Under the pieces are notes generated by a model, which was given only the letters and a program-made list of their open reading frames with translations, made no database searches and had not been told where the DNA came from. Both the position numbers and the translations under genes were made by a program. A stretch of DNA of 64,000 nucleotides from Lingula anatina (Eukaryota > Animalia > Brachiopoda). The stretch spans positions 34,491,967 through 34,555,966 of the forward strand of contig CM120640.1 of the NCBI GenBank assembly GCA_051362555.1, in the 5' to 3' direction. Position 1 is the first letter of the stretch, and the number at the start of each line of letters is the position of its first letter. This document shows, piece by piece, positions 35,861 to 50,900 of this stretch.

Positions 35861-37561
35861 CTAGAAAAGAGATAATTGCTATTGTGTCAGGACAGGCTCA
35901 TTTGAAAGATTTCAAGGAAAATGTGTTTAAAGAAATTGTGAATAAGTGTTTAAAAAAAATTGTGAATAATAAAAGATGTATATAAAAAATACATAGTGCT
36001 TAAACGTCAAAGGAAATTTGTTTAAAGATCCCTAGTTGAAGAATGTTATTTATGTTCTTAACAGACATAAGATCATGCAGGGAAAAATTAACATTTAATT
36101 ACAGTAAATTTATAGTCTCTTCCATGAAACACACTTTCTGCACACTCCACATCAAAGAGTTTACAACATAAATCTAGTTAGCACGCTTGAATTTTCTATA
36201 ATCTGCCACGATAAGTGAATTTATCTTGGAAGCAGATTCTATTACCATGCAAAACCCCTGTGACCTAACAAGGAAACTTCTGGAAATTTTCTACCGGCCA
36301 TTTCCCAAAGAACTTGGGGAAATTATTCTGGCCTCTTGGGGCACTGGGGGAATGAGACCTCAGTGAGGCCAAGACTGCAATATTGTTGTACAAACTGTGC
36401 TGGTTTACTTGCTTTGTAAAAGAATTATCAAGATTTACTCAACTTCTAAGGCAAAGTGCTTTATCTATCATTTATAACTAATAAGATTTTTTTTGCATCC
36501 CGACAAGAAACTCCTAACATTTTCAAATGGTTTTCTACAGCCCTGTGCAAGAGGCTCATCTCCCTGTACAGACCAATGATACACTGAGCACATAAACAAG
36601 TAACATTCTACAGTCATGTGAAAGAGGCTCATGCATATTAAGATCAATCTTCAGGTGATCAATAGATTTTTCAAGTGGCTTTCTACCGCCCTGAACAGGA
36701 GGCCCTCCATCCCTTAATGTTAGTGTATGTACACTCAATACAACTTCAAGTGGTTGTAAAATCAAGCATGTAATTCCAAGGCTAACAATTCCGCCTTTTA
36801 GAAAAGGCGGCAAAATTGACTGGAGATGGCGGTGCTACTTGTTAACATGGTGTAAGAAAGTACTCGAAAGTGTATTTCTTGTAGCCATTAGCCGCCTGTG
36901 CACTAGTTTAAAAGGTAAACCACTCCAGGTCTGAAACACTGTCACTAGAAAGCTGGCGCAAACTATTAATGAATTTCGAAGAGGTTGTCTGAATTATGGA
37001 AAGATTTCTCTGTGCAGAAACCAGTTTTTTTTGTTTTTTTTTTTTGGAAAATGCCCCAAGGCACCTGAGACTACTGAATCACTTGCTGCACTGGCCACCT
37101 GGTAATGCATATGCAACCCGAAATAACTAAAACTTGTACCAGTCTGAACGTAGGCTGATAAAAAAAACCTGTGAGGCAAAATTGATTGTATTCAAATGTT
37201 AATACTTCAGTTATTTCTGTATACGGCAGGTTTAAGAGAGTTTTGGCTTTGGGGCATCTCATGAGAGGATTCTTGGAAATTCGAGCAAAATACCTGCTAA
37301 TAATAAACCTGTTACATGAATAACACATTATGCCTAAAACCTGAAGAGAGGCCATTTATCGAAAGCCGTAGTTTGTTTTTTTCTTGACAGCATCTTACCA
37401 CAAATGATAAACAAAGCTTTAAAGAGGCAAAATGCCTCTTCTCTTTCCCTTCACTAGTAATATTATATGAACAAAACTTGAAGATACTTGTGACACTCAT
37501 AAAGTACAAGTCCAACTCTGTAATTGGCTGTCTTGTGTATACTTCCCAATATGTAACCTAC

Positions 37562-37636
37562 CTCCTGATTGGCTGTGGCTAACTCCTCTTCTAACTGGGA
37601 CACTCGGTCCATGGCAACCTTCAATCTCTCTCGAAC
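37562..37636 (-). CDS. Liprin-alpha: Liprin-alpha exon
   Basis: VRERLKVAMDRVSQLEEELATANQE|gtaggt. Confidence 0.95.
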
Positions 37637-40602
37637 CTGAAATTACAAGAAAAAAAATTAAGAAACTTCATTTCATCAGAGGATGCAACTTGCACACTTC
37701 ATCTCTCAGAAAGTGCTAATGGCACAATACTACCACACTAATAAATGAGAGCTTTTCTCCATTTTCATCTGTTTTTATGGCCGCTGCTCGCAGGAAGTGC
37801 TCCTCACAATAATCACGCAAACTTCGTTTACTTGGTAACAAATTGTTATCATAACACCACTGGGCTGCCATTAAACCCAACTTATTGTCTATGGATTAAG
37901 TTTCCTAACCCAATTATGATGATGAAACAGTATACAATGTCTAATAGCAAAAAAAAAAAGTTCAAACCTTGGAAAATGGAACAAATCCACGTAGATACAA
38001 GCACAAGCCCATGATGCTCCAGCAGATAAAAATATAACTTCAAACTTTCAGGTGTTTCTTAACCAGGGCACTAGAACAGCAGTGCACATATGCACTACAC
38101 CATTTAATGTTTTGTAATATTAAAGGAAAGTGCCTGAATAACGGTTCCTATTCCTCAGGGGTGCATGTTCACGTTACTTTCCATCCCAACATTTAACAAA
38201 TTAATCCGTTTGAATTCCTGTGAACAATCCAGTCTGGTAATTATGACAACATGCTACAATATCTACCTGGGACCGGCACGCAATATCCGCTACCAATGCC
38301 CATTAGTGTAATTTGTATTATATTGTTTTCAGCATTAAATAATTAATACCAACAAAACCCACCTGTTCATCATATATCTGGGAGAATCAATTGTTAGATT
38401 GGCTGTGCCATGCTAAGTAGATTACGGTTGTGTTCACATCGATGATCATTTGGCTAGGTCCAGAACAAAACCAGCAAGAAACAATAAGAGCAAGCTAGGG
38501 CAAAGGTACTTATTTCTCTATCATTTCTATACCTTTTCTCTAAGTGGTTCAGTTTTGTTTTGCCTTTGTCACCAAAAAGGGAGCAATGACACCGTGAAAT
38601 ATGATAAAAACAGCCACGTGTCAAATTCAATAAAAAAATTTTGGTAAGACGAAACAGTCAACAGTAACAAGCTGGAGTACAAATCTATCCAACAAAACTG
38701 CACAATTATCAATTAAAATCCATTTTAAGGCCAATCAAATGAAATCCTGTAGGGCACGCTAACTGCAATATTTGCCAAGAAACTGAGACCGATTGCTTAA
38801 GAACACGCCATGACCCCAGGGATGACCAAATGCCAACCAATTCCTCCAGGTTGTGTAAACTCGCAGGATGGGCACAGAAATCCTGCATAACCAATCCAAA
38901 TTATTGATACAGAACAGGGCACAAGTCAACTGCAATTGGAGTCCACTGGGACTCGAGTTCAATAAACATATAACCAAATACAATTTAATCATAAAGTGGG
39001 GTTCCTACATAGCCATTTATATTAATAAGAAGGTTAATTACTCATGCAAACGACAATGATCACCTGTTTTCACCTGCAATTTGTTATTTTCCAAAGAGAT
39101 AAGAAAATGCCACAAACGTAACATAAAGACGTTTTTAGTGTTCGTGTAATATTATGCGAATGCACTATGAGACACATTAAGAAGAAAGCACAGGCCCTAA
39201 CTGGCCATGGAGATGAGAAACAGAACATTTCAGAAATTTGGATGATGTATAAGAAAGATGTTTTGAGGGTATATTATCAAACAAAGCATTACTTTTTTGT
39301 TTCTGTTTTAATCACAGAGCTGCATAACGGAAAGTATGAGAAGTGTTTTATCTCATAAATGACAAAATGATTGAAATAAACTGACTGAAACAAAAATTCA
39401 TATGAGAGTAGTAACCCCTGTTTTGCAGGGATATAATTGTTATAAGTTCAGGAAAAAAATGTAGGAAAAATTGTATGAAACACCATGTCCAAAGAATGTC
39501 ACAAGAACAAGGCAATCTCCAGAAAGCTGTCCAGTCTTCATTTGGACGGGCATTAGCCTCAAAAGACAGCCTATATTCCCAAAGACAGCTAGACAGCTTA
39601 CAAAATTTCCAGGTTGGTTGGTTGGGCTTGCTTTGGGTTGGACTCTGTAAATCAATGCCTAAATTACAGATTCACAATGTGGAGTTCCTGTATCCCAAAT
39701 CCTGAGGAAACCCCCTCACAAGAACAATGTTCCCAACAGACAAATAGGTTTCATTCATTTTAACACTGTTGCTTGTGATCCTATATTGCATGACATCACA
39801 CTGTCTGGTTTTAATAACCTGCTAGTAAACAGAAACCTTACATCATCGTAAGCCTAATCAACTATATTCCTGAAATCCTGTTCTAAAATGCATCTTTTAC
39901 TGTTTAAGTGTAGGCCCAAAACATGACATCACGCCACAAAAGCTGCACACAACTTACATTTCTGTTTCACCACTTGCGACATTGTGGTACGAATTTTAAG
40001 ACAGAAAGTTAAAAAAAAAAAACAACAACAACAAAAAGAAATAATTCAACTAAAAAAGATACCCAAAAGTCTACTACAGAGGGTGCATTTCATCACATTT
40101 ACATATTTTCCTTTTTATGTCAGTAAAGCAGATTAAGATGAACACTGAGGAATATTCCGAGGGTGGATTGATTAGTTTTGCCATCTGCCTGTTTTGTTTC
40201 CATCTCACACACTGAGTGGATTTGATATACAAGTATCCATCTCCGCAGTTCTGTGAGAGAAAGCTATTCTGAATGGGGCCTTAGACTCTCTACTGACAAG
40301 AAAAAGAAATGATATACAGCATACCTCGAGTGACCATCAGCAGGAATCTTTACTATTACTAAATGTCCCTCCTCTATAAAAACCCTATTTGATATAACTC
40401 ATTAAGACCAATTTGAAAAAGTTGATTGGTGCAGTTGATACTTCTACCATCAAAAAGTATTTGTCCTCTTCAGTATGACTTACTTCTCTCCCCCCCCCCA
40501 CGTCAGTGATATCCTGGTTCGTAAACATCTATTTTACAATGTCTACAGCATATTCAAAATTTAGCTTTGTTACTCCATTCCTATTCTCAAAAAATACACT
40601 AA

Positions 40603-40847
40603 CCCCATTCAGAATGGATGATCTGAGTACTTAATGATCTGCTGACTAAATATGGCCGACCATAGTTCAAAAGGGATACCGCAGATTCCTGAAGGTCTCC
40701 CTGCCTCCACACGAGCTATCGCTGCAGGGGCCAAGGGGTGTGGAGGCAGGGAGACCATCAAGAATCAGCTGCATAGCTCCTGAACTGTGGTCAGTCATAT
40801 TTAGTCGGCGGATCAGTAAGTACTCGGATCATCCATTATGAATGGAG
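40603..40847. mobile_element. Palindromic MITE (family C)
   Basis: About 65-bp outer inverted arms (ccattcagaatggatgatc... / ...gatcatccattatgaatgg) plus a perfect 19-bp inner inverted repeat at 40694-40712 / 40738-40756. Confidence 0.8.
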
Positions 40848-41607
40848 CCATTCATTGTCTACAAGTACTAACACGTCTACTTCTACTTCTAGGCCTCTCT
40901 GGTACCCAATCTTATGTACACCTGTTAACCTTTACAGATCTTAATCTAGAACCTGCCAACCAAGTCAAAAACTGGAATTAAAAATCAATTGTTATACACA
41001 TCACACTGCATTAATGAGGTGATCAGACATTTCGCACTTCCACATAAATGTAAGGCAATGAAGAGAAGTGGCAGAGGCCAGGGGAAATTATATGTACGTT
41101 TTGGACCAACTTGCTGGAAATCGGGAAGTTAGGTTGTATGGATGGTAAAACATTTTTCAAGGAAGTTATATATTTTTTACCTCTAATCTTGCTATTTAAG
41201 AATTTCACTCTAAATCAAGAATCATTATTGCAAAGCTATATTGGTCAATAGAGTTGGCCAACAAATAATCAGCTCTTGTAACATATAACCAGGTACATCT
41301 TTTTTTTTCTTTTTTATTAAGAGTAAACATGCCAGTGTATTATGAATGCAATTGCAAATATAGTGGAAATTTCAAAGAATGAAGTGAAAGAATATCGTTC
41401 AGTGAAGCCTTTTAAATTTGGCTTGGTTCATGTTATAATTTTAGGGCAACTCGAAAATCAAACATTTCTTTTCATTAGTCCTAATCTGCTGTTAAGCCGA
41501 TTTCAAAAATTGAACTGTCATATCTACTCAGACTATAGGTCTGATTAATGATTTATACTTTCCTTGCACTTTCTCTCCAATGTTTAGAACATTCATGATC
41601 AATTATC

Positions 41608-41610
<3 letters not shown>

Positions 41611-41704
<94 letters not shown>

Positions 41705-41712
41705 TTTTTTTT
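41611..41712. repeat. Compound (TG)n(TA)n(T)n microsatellite
   Basis: Three abutting simple repeats read directly. Confidence 0.95.
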
Positions 41713-43274
41713 CTGCCCATGCTGGATGCTCACTTTCTGTTACTGAAACCCTGATGTCAAGTGTCACCGACCTACAGAATACCCATCATATCCCCATTAA
41801 CCATTTAGCTTTAACCACAAGGACATGTAAGTTCCCAATTATTACTGCAGTTTCATAAATCCCCCATTAGCCCATTAGCTTACTTTCTGACATGGCTAGT
41901 TGATAGTCGTGACGCAGAACGGCGTTTTATGATGATAAGTCTAATTCAGCAAGATTTTTTTATCTTTTGAGGATGAATTTGCATTTTTTTTTATTTGGAG
42001 GGATTTTCAATAAAAGAGTTATATAAATTTTTACTTTTAAAACATATAATAAAAAAAATAATTTAAATTCAGCGGGTTTGAATCAAGGCACTTATTATTC
42101 TGAGCTTATGCTACCAAAGGCCAGTGTCACAAAGAGTGCACATAACCCACAAATTAAGTGGGAGAGAAATAAGTGGCTTCCATTTGGCTTGTTGGACATT
42201 TCTGTTTGGCCTCAGACAGTGGGTAGTTGAGAGATAATCAATAGTTACAGGATTTTAGACATATTGTGAAACTGGTGAGAGGCAAAAAAGATGTGCATAC
42301 TTAAAAGTTGAAGCTATGCTGAAATGTCAAGGGATCTTAACACAATTTTTTCAATTGAAAGGGCCTATACTACAATTAAAAGCTTAGAGGTTTCTTAGCC
42401 CCTATCTTTTATCTATCTCCAGGTGTAAGACAACAATCTGTGTCAGTTACCAGATAACAATAAAAAGGACTTTTCCAGAAATTTTTTCTTTTCACTTCCA
42501 ATCTTAATAGACTAAAAAAAACCTCACTTTCCCCTTACTAATCAGATCCAATCATAGTTAAGCGCCATCCTTTTTTTTTTTTTTGCCTTTTTTTTTTTCA
42601 ATTCACCTTATCCTTTCCTTTTTAATTACCAGACCAACATACCTTCATAGCCATTTATTTCACTGCATGTGCTATATTAGAAGAAAAACCTAATCCAGGT
42701 ACCAAATTAAAATCTGTGAGAGACCTCCCTGTCAGGGTAGAAATTTATAAAAGGAGTAGGCAAGAAGGTAATCATTGATAATTATGGACTGGTAATGTAC
42801 TTTACTGCATGTTTTAATGAACCAAGGCACATGCTGAGAAAAGTTTTTTTAATCTCTGGGATTTTGAAAAGTTCACATTTTGAAAAGTTCAAGTTTATAT
42901 TAAACTGGCCTCCAATCGGTTCCAGGCATCCAAAAAAAAAAAAAAAAAGGAGGTCTGATTGCAACATAACAATGATGAGTTCATGGTTCATGGTGGCACA
43001 AACTGCAGAAGCAAAATTGAGTACCAAAGCATGTCACAATGCAATCAACTTTCCTCAACAGTTGTCATGCACTGAACCAACTCAGGGGTGGATCAAGAAG
43101 GGACCATTTGTGTGATTTTTTTTCAGAAATCGTAGGGGGGGGGGGGGGGGCACTTAAGGTACACTTGATAGAAATAAATGTGAATGACTTTGTATACATC
43201 ATAGTTTGTGTATAAAAAGAAAGAGTTACATTCTGTGTGAACATGCTACAAAACATGAAGGCATCCACATCTAA

Positions 43275-43799
<525 letters not shown>

Positions 43800-45280
43800 C
43801 TACAATTGAGTAAATGATAATAGTGATTAAACAAAGCAAAGAAGCATAGACAAATGAGTTTTGTAATCATTATGATCATTATATATGATTTATTGGTCCA
43901 TTACGTAATTATGCAATAATGAAAACATTTTGTTGTAAGTGATGTATTAAGCCTGCTTTCCAATAAACTGAAATCATGCAATTTATTTCACAAACGTCAA
44001 ACAAAAAACATTCTCTTCCTCTGCAGACATGAGCTTGGGTTCTTGAAAAAAAAAAAACTCTGAAAATGTATTGTTGGACCAACACCTAACAGCTGGGAGC
44101 TTGGATAATGAATTCACGGAAAAACAAACGCCTACTCTTGTGCCAAAAAAAGGGGGGGGGGGGGGGGGGGGGGAAGAATGATGTCCATAGAACAGATTAA
44201 AATATATGACCTTGACTGTCTACTATGAAATACAAAAAGTACTGTGTACAAAAATGTATTAATGAAAATCTTTTTTTAAGTCAAAAATAAATTTTTCACA
44301 ATTGTGCAAATCCAAAATCTCAAAAATGATATGTGTCAAAGTGACGTATCTGTCCATGTTTTGTGCTAATTAAGAAACTTGTGTTCCCAAATTATCGACT
44401 GAAAGCTGCGTCCTCGTTTGGCTCCTATCATGGAGCCATAAAAGACCAGGGACCTCACCTTCAACAAGCATACATCAAAGGAAAATAAAAAGAATAATAA
44501 GTTAATACTCCCGTCCTGGAATAAAATTATCAGCTGTCAAAGGGAATCCTGAAAAAATCCATAGAAAACTGTGTCTATCTGTGAGAGTACTTGACACCAG
44601 CAACTCCCCAGTGGACTCATTACTACTATGATTAGTCCCACTTGCAAAATCAGCAGGCTAGATGCCATCTGACCTTTCTGTTAACCGATCTTGATTTCAT
44701 GATTAACCAGTTTGTGCTAAGGGCTGGCAGGACGGAGAATAGGTGATTATTTTTTTCTCCGAATTCATCAGAATAAGCCGCATAAAAATTGTAAATGCAT
44801 ACTTGTAGTAGTGTATGAAAAAATTATATAAAAAACACACGAATAAAGAGCAAATCTCCATACTGCTTTTATTCCGTCCATGTGGTAATTTCTCTGAATG
44901 ACAGTAAAAATGCTGCAAGACATGGAAGACAATGAAATCAAACCTCTGTAAGATGGAATACTTACACAATCAATATAAAAGGGCACATCTTGAAAATGGA
45001 CTTTAATAAAATCATGGGAAGAGAACATTATACATCAACTTCGTTTCTTGTTTGAATATAGGAAATGAAAAGAGCTAGAGTTTGATGTGGACACTTGTAT
45101 AAAAACATGTTTTACAACCTATGTGTATGGGGATGTGACAAAATACAGAAAAGAAAATGGGAAATAACTTCACACAACTGTTTGCAGACACCCTTATTGC
45201 ACAAATAAGTAAAACAATTAAGTGACATTTCTAATACAAAAAGACAATTATGAATAAAAGTCCACTCTCTCTTAGCTCAC

Positions 45281-45382
45281 CCTTGTGTTATTCCTTTCTG
45301 CTTTTAGTTCTGAGATTTCTTCTTCTTTCTCAAGTAGGTTTTCACGCATTTGGCTCAATTCTTTGGTAAGGCTAGCATATTC
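45281..45382 (-). CDS. Liprin-alpha: Liprin-alpha exon (most 5' conserved exon in the window)
   Basis: ttttctag|[34 protein letters not shown]|gtgagc. Confidence 0.96.
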
Positions 45383-46904
45383 CTAGAAAAATACAAAAAG
45401 ACCCTACGTTTAGCAAAGGAGATCAAAACCAACAGACAAGAAGAGGGCTTCAGGAAATTAGGATAAAACTTATTAATATTCTACAGACAAAGTGAGATCA
45501 AATTAAACAAATGCTTTGAATCTGCAAATTAAAACTGATATTAGACTAAGGCGGTTCCGGGGAGGTGTCAAATACCAGTCCATATCACAATGCGTTACAA
45601 AAAAGAAGATTAAATATGTGCATATTTTTATTGGGTTGGCTTAGTTTAAAAGCTTTCATACTTAAATATATCTATAATTCTCTGATTTCTGACAAAGTAT
45701 ACTACAATCTAAAAGTCTAAATCAAGCTTTCAGTGACAAACCAAATCATTCGTGGTCTGCCAAAAATTCATCATAGTATGCAACAGGGATTGCAAAATTA
45801 AAGTCTTATTAACAAACTATACTGACAAAAAACTTCATAATAATTACGATTATCCAGAAATGAACATGTCTACGTGTAATGTCAGTTAAGGTGATCAAAC
45901 ATTTGTTTAAACAATTAAACAGGTTATCTCGGTTCAGGACCCAACTTTTCATGCCTCGATACTGGTATTGATGTTTAAAGATGAGCTAACGAATGCCACA
46001 ACAATATGAGGCCTGCTGAAAGTATAACAACAACTGGATGGAAAGCAGAGCCAACAAACGCCTGTTCACACATAAAAATGGTTTGGCAGCGATCCATCCC
46101 TGTTTTTAGCAACTGTCCATGCCATGCATCAAGTTTACTCCAGCTCAGCAGCAGACCACCTTTGTACAACTTCACTTATTTATTTTGGTGGCTTCCTGCT
46201 GAGCTGTTAACCATCTGAGTACTCCTATACATAGTTAAGATGACTGCTGACAAAAAGGAACGTTTCAAAGAAGTTCTTTTTTTTTAGTGTGAACAGGCAT
46301 ATTATTTCTTCTTCACAATAGAGGCCCAAGAGAAAAGTACAAAAATGTAAAATCTATATCAGCACTAATCCCCTGCAAAAGGTCCTAGAAGAGGTGGCCA
46401 GACACCAACTTAACACTGGGACTCATTCTTAGGGGAGCTTATTGACTTTTTTTCCCTTTTAACTTAAGAAAACAGACTTGAAATCAAGACATATTCGGAC
46501 CAATACCCACTTTTAAAAGTTACTTCGTGATGACATAAAAAAGCAATATTTTAGTTTTAATGAAGTATCAACTTTTTATCCAACTGAAAGGCTCTAGATA
46601 TTTGGAAAGCTACACTTAAGAAAAGAAGCAATCACCAGTATATTTCCATGTGAAAGGAGCAAGAGCATGTTTTTAAAGGCTTTCCTGGCAATGATTACGA
46701 ATCGGGAATTATTCATCGAGGCAGACATCTTCTGTAAATTACTCCCATGGATATCTTGAATGAAGACTTATTAATAATTCCAAAGACACGATGAGTTTTT
46801 TTCTTGATTTTCAGAAAGCAAGAGCCAGACCTCTATGTTCAGATCTTGTATGGCTCTCAGAGAAGTCGTTACATAAATGTGCTGTTTCAGTCAGAGCATT
46901 TCTC

Positions 46905-46924
46905 AGAGAGAGAGAGAGAGAGAG

Positions 46925-47018
<94 letters not shown>
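46905..47018. repeat. Compound (AG)n(GT)n microsatellite
   Basis: Read directly. Confidence 0.95.
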
Positions 47019-47021
<3 letters not shown>

Positions 47022-47838
47022 GAATGTATACTCATTCCTGTAAATGTGCACCAATTCCAATACAGTTTCTGTTCAGACAAAACAAATTGATAATTGTAAG
47101 CTTATTTCAAATTTTTGTTTGCACTGCCTATATGTGCAAATCAAAACATAGAAATTTTAACTTTCTTCACACACAGCTCTTCTTGAAATCCGTTTTGAAC
47201 AAAGTCGCAGGTGCAATTTGGTCAATAATCAAAATAGCAGCCCACAAACAACACCAAGTAACAGTCTGGAAAACATGACTGTTGAATACCACGATGCCAA
47301 CCTGTACTCAATAACTTCACATCACCCAGGTAAGCAGGGAAAACTACACTGTAGCATCAACTCGACATCAACTCAATCTCTCTCATCCCTCCCACCCCGC
47401 AAAATGAACACAAGCGTTATCCACAACTAAATAGGCAAATCTAAAGATTTCACACTCGAACAAGTTCACTCATTTCCTGCAACTTAGATAGGCAGATAGA
47501 GCCCGTCTCTTGAGGGTTACGAGCCAGCCACCTTACTTTTGCCCTAGCCATTGAGGCGCTAGGTCCCTGTGGAAAGCTCCTTTAGTGCTGGAAACTGGCA
47601 ACGCTTCAAGAAGATTTCCAGATATACTGGGCCCTAGGTCTTCTACTGGGTTGAGCTGTGTGGCATTATATTATCAGCACTTTAAGCCAAATGGAGTGGA
47701 GGACGAGCTAGGCGCTTGAGTAAGAAACTCGCTACAATGTGGGAGATACCAGGAGAAAGAGAGAAATAAGAGAGATGAAGCTCTGGGGATGAGGGTAATT
47801 AGCAAGCCTAAGTTCACCTGTGTTGACCTCCAGGAGAG

Positions 47839-47943
47839 CTGAAAGACTGACAGCCTTCAGAATGTATCTATCTGAAAGACTGACAGCCTTCAGTATATAT
47901 CTTTCTGAAAGACTGACAGCCTTCTAGAATATATCTATCTGAA
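47839..47943. repeat. 33-bp minisatellite, 3 copies
   Basis: ctgaaagactgacagccttc(t)ag... starting at 47839, 47872 and 47905. Confidence 0.9.
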
Positions 47944-50900
47944 TCATGCTCAGTTTTTAGAATAACACGATCCCTAGATGTGTAAAAAATTCCCAATTAC
48001 ATATAGTACAAGAAATGATCCAAAACATGTTTTGGGAATTTTAATTCAAGGTGAAACTAATGAATAGCAACACCTGTATTTAACCCTACTACGTCAGAGA
48101 AACGAGATTGGGCAATGTTAAATGGTCAACATTACTTGATGAATTCATTAATGTGCACTTGTGAACATGTTAAGAAAACATTTTTTGCATCATTGTCCAT
48201 TAAATGTGAGACTAATTAACACAATCACCTTTATTCATTTCTTGTACGACAGTTTTAATGTATTGGGGCAAATAATACAAATTTGTTGCAATACATATCA
48301 AGGTCTACAAATTCATCAAACAATTTTTGCCTTCAGCAAGAATGGGGAAGGCAGACATTAAATAGGGAATGTTATTTGTTCTTCTTTTGGAGTAAACTAA
48401 AGGTAAAGGGAACTAATTTACACATAAAAAATCATTAATTAAATCAGTTTCGGCATTTTTTTTTTCAGTTTCAAATGTCTCAACCTTATAGAATAAAAAA
48501 CACCAACCTTCATCTCAAATTGGTATTCAAAATACTTTTTTTTTATCACAACAAAAATAGATACACTTTCAGAATGTTGTAGCCCACCTACAGTAGTGTA
48601 TACAAGACAAAGTGCTCTGGTGAAATTCTATAACCTTCATACAATTTTCTATTTTCTACATGAGATGGGTGACATAATAAAAGGAGAAAAAAATCTCCAA
48701 ATCTTTCAGGTTTTCCTTGCATAATCTATTGATTTCGGTTTGTAGTTGTGCAGCCATGGAGAGAAGACTACACCCGAGGTCTGTTTGGCATTTGAAAAAA
48801 GAAGACTTCAGCCAGGGATATGTTAGTATTTTTGGTAAAAATAGATGTAGACAAAAAGATGACTAGAAACATTCAAGTAGTAAGTGAGAGGCAGATAAAG
48901 AGGAAAGAAAAAGTGTGTGAGTCCAAGTGTGTGGGTGTACGTGCAAATGTGTGTGTGTGTGTGTGTGTGCATGCATATGTATGTGTGCGTGCAAAGATGT
49001 AAAAAGGCCACCAAATTAAAAATCAGATAATATCACAAAACACTATCTGTACACAAATCCTCGCAACATTCCATTACAACCCAATTGCATGTCAAAATGT
49101 AATCACCATATTCTAAACGATGTTTTATGTCATCATTCCGTGTCAAAAATGCATAACACTATAAAATCCTTTAATCATATTCCCATCAATCTGCTCCACA
49201 ATCTCTTTCAAATTTTCATTTCCAGATCTTTTCAAATCATCTTCCCAACACCAATCCAGGCTTCCCTGCGGCATTTCTGAGCTAATTCTTTTTTTTTTCC
49301 ATTCACGACACACATGCTGCACAGCTAAAAGACATTTATTCTGGCAGAGAACATTGACATAACACAAAATAAACACAAAGTTGTAATGTTGTCAATACTC
49401 TATTAACGCATGCATGCATGATCATCCTCTGTACAAAAAAAGAAAAGAAACGAAAAAAAAATAAGGCAAGTTTACATTTGCCCCCGAAGATATTGATGAA
49501 TCAATCCTGAGTGTGTTTTCTTGTTGGAAAACACCATATGCTTCATAATTGATTACAATTAAGTATCTGTTTTTTCACTAGTTACCTGTACTTTTTGCAT
49601 GCAGATTCTTTACCTGACCTTATACAAAACAGTCACATTTTTGCAGGGTCTAATATTGACACACTGCCTTAAATTTGCTTAATTAACAATTTGATACTAA
49701 TTTTTTATGCACAAACCAACCCTAAGCAAACTTGTTATGATTTGTCATAGGCTTTCATGCCTGGTTTTTCCTCTATCCTTTCTATTGAACTGCATAGTAT
49801 TTGCCACTGCATATATATCAAGTTTTTTGTAGATAAAAAATACACCCTTCTCCTCAAAAAGAAGCTTCACAAAGCAAATTACATCAAACAAACAAACATC
49901 TTTATCTTTATAAATTATACAAAGCATCCCCTTTATGCCCATTCATAGCAACCATATTTCAGAAATCTCAAATCTCTGAAGGTCGCTCCAAACTGATAAA
50001 ACATGACATACTTTTGGGAAAGCTACTCCATATTCTGGGTATTTTTGCACATCCTGTGTGTTGCCAATGGGCAATCAGCACAAAGCACAAGGTTTGGGAA
50101 GAAGAATAAAATGCTATGGACCATGTTCTTGGTCCCAGGGGGCTAGTTATATGCAAGAATTGGTTTTTGCGTTGTGCCATTATACCTCAATTGCCCATGG
50201 CTGACTATGGGTGATAGCACAGTCAATGGCTTGTCTGTACTTTTTAGATAGTGTTTCAGATCACATTTCGAAAGGAAGGGGCCTTGATGTGAAAAAAAAC
50301 AATACAATTAAAAAATATATAATGTAAAAGAAAAAAAGGAAAATTTCAGAAAGCTTTGACTTATTGCATTCACCTCTCTGAAATCTGGAACAAAATTACT
50401 TTTATCAGCACCCCAAGAACATAATGTCACCACATTTTGCAATAACATAATGCAAAAGTCTTGCAGTGTAAGGCAGGATGAGACATTAATTAATACACTA
50501 TTAAGTTATTTAGCCTGTTCACATGAAGTCGTGTTTCAAGCCAAGATAGACCCACCTGAATCACTATGGCCTATCTCGATTTAAAGACTTATCTCTGTAA
50601 TAGCTAACCAAAAAAGAACAAATCTAACAACACACAATTTGACTGAATTAAAATTATAACAGAAAGTACAATAGAGGGATATGATATGTTGTTATGGTGA
50701 ACTACAACTAATAAGGCTGCCATCTGAGATGATTGCCACCAAGATAAATCAAACCAACTAGACTGGAAACACGACCTAGGCAATGCCCCATCACTTAATG
50801 TACAGACATGAGATGGCATACCAATGTAAAGCAATGTACTATTCTCTTGATGCAACGTCAGGTTTTGGAAGCCAATACCTAAGGCCTGAAATGCTATGTA

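Noticed and set aside
36791-36810. Perfect hairpin ccgcctttt-ag-aaaaggcgg
   Set aside because: Terminator-like only superficially; eukaryotic intron, no CTRR end immediately after it, probably part of a decayed repeat.
46791-47090. ORFs with CVCV/HTHT runs (also near 552-875, 13671, 22593, 41580, 48820)
   Set aside because: Translations of (GT/CA)n microsatellites.
47839-47943. CRISPR-like appearance of the 33-bp repeat
   Set aside because: The intervening segments are themselves similar and short; eukaryotic context with no cas genes.
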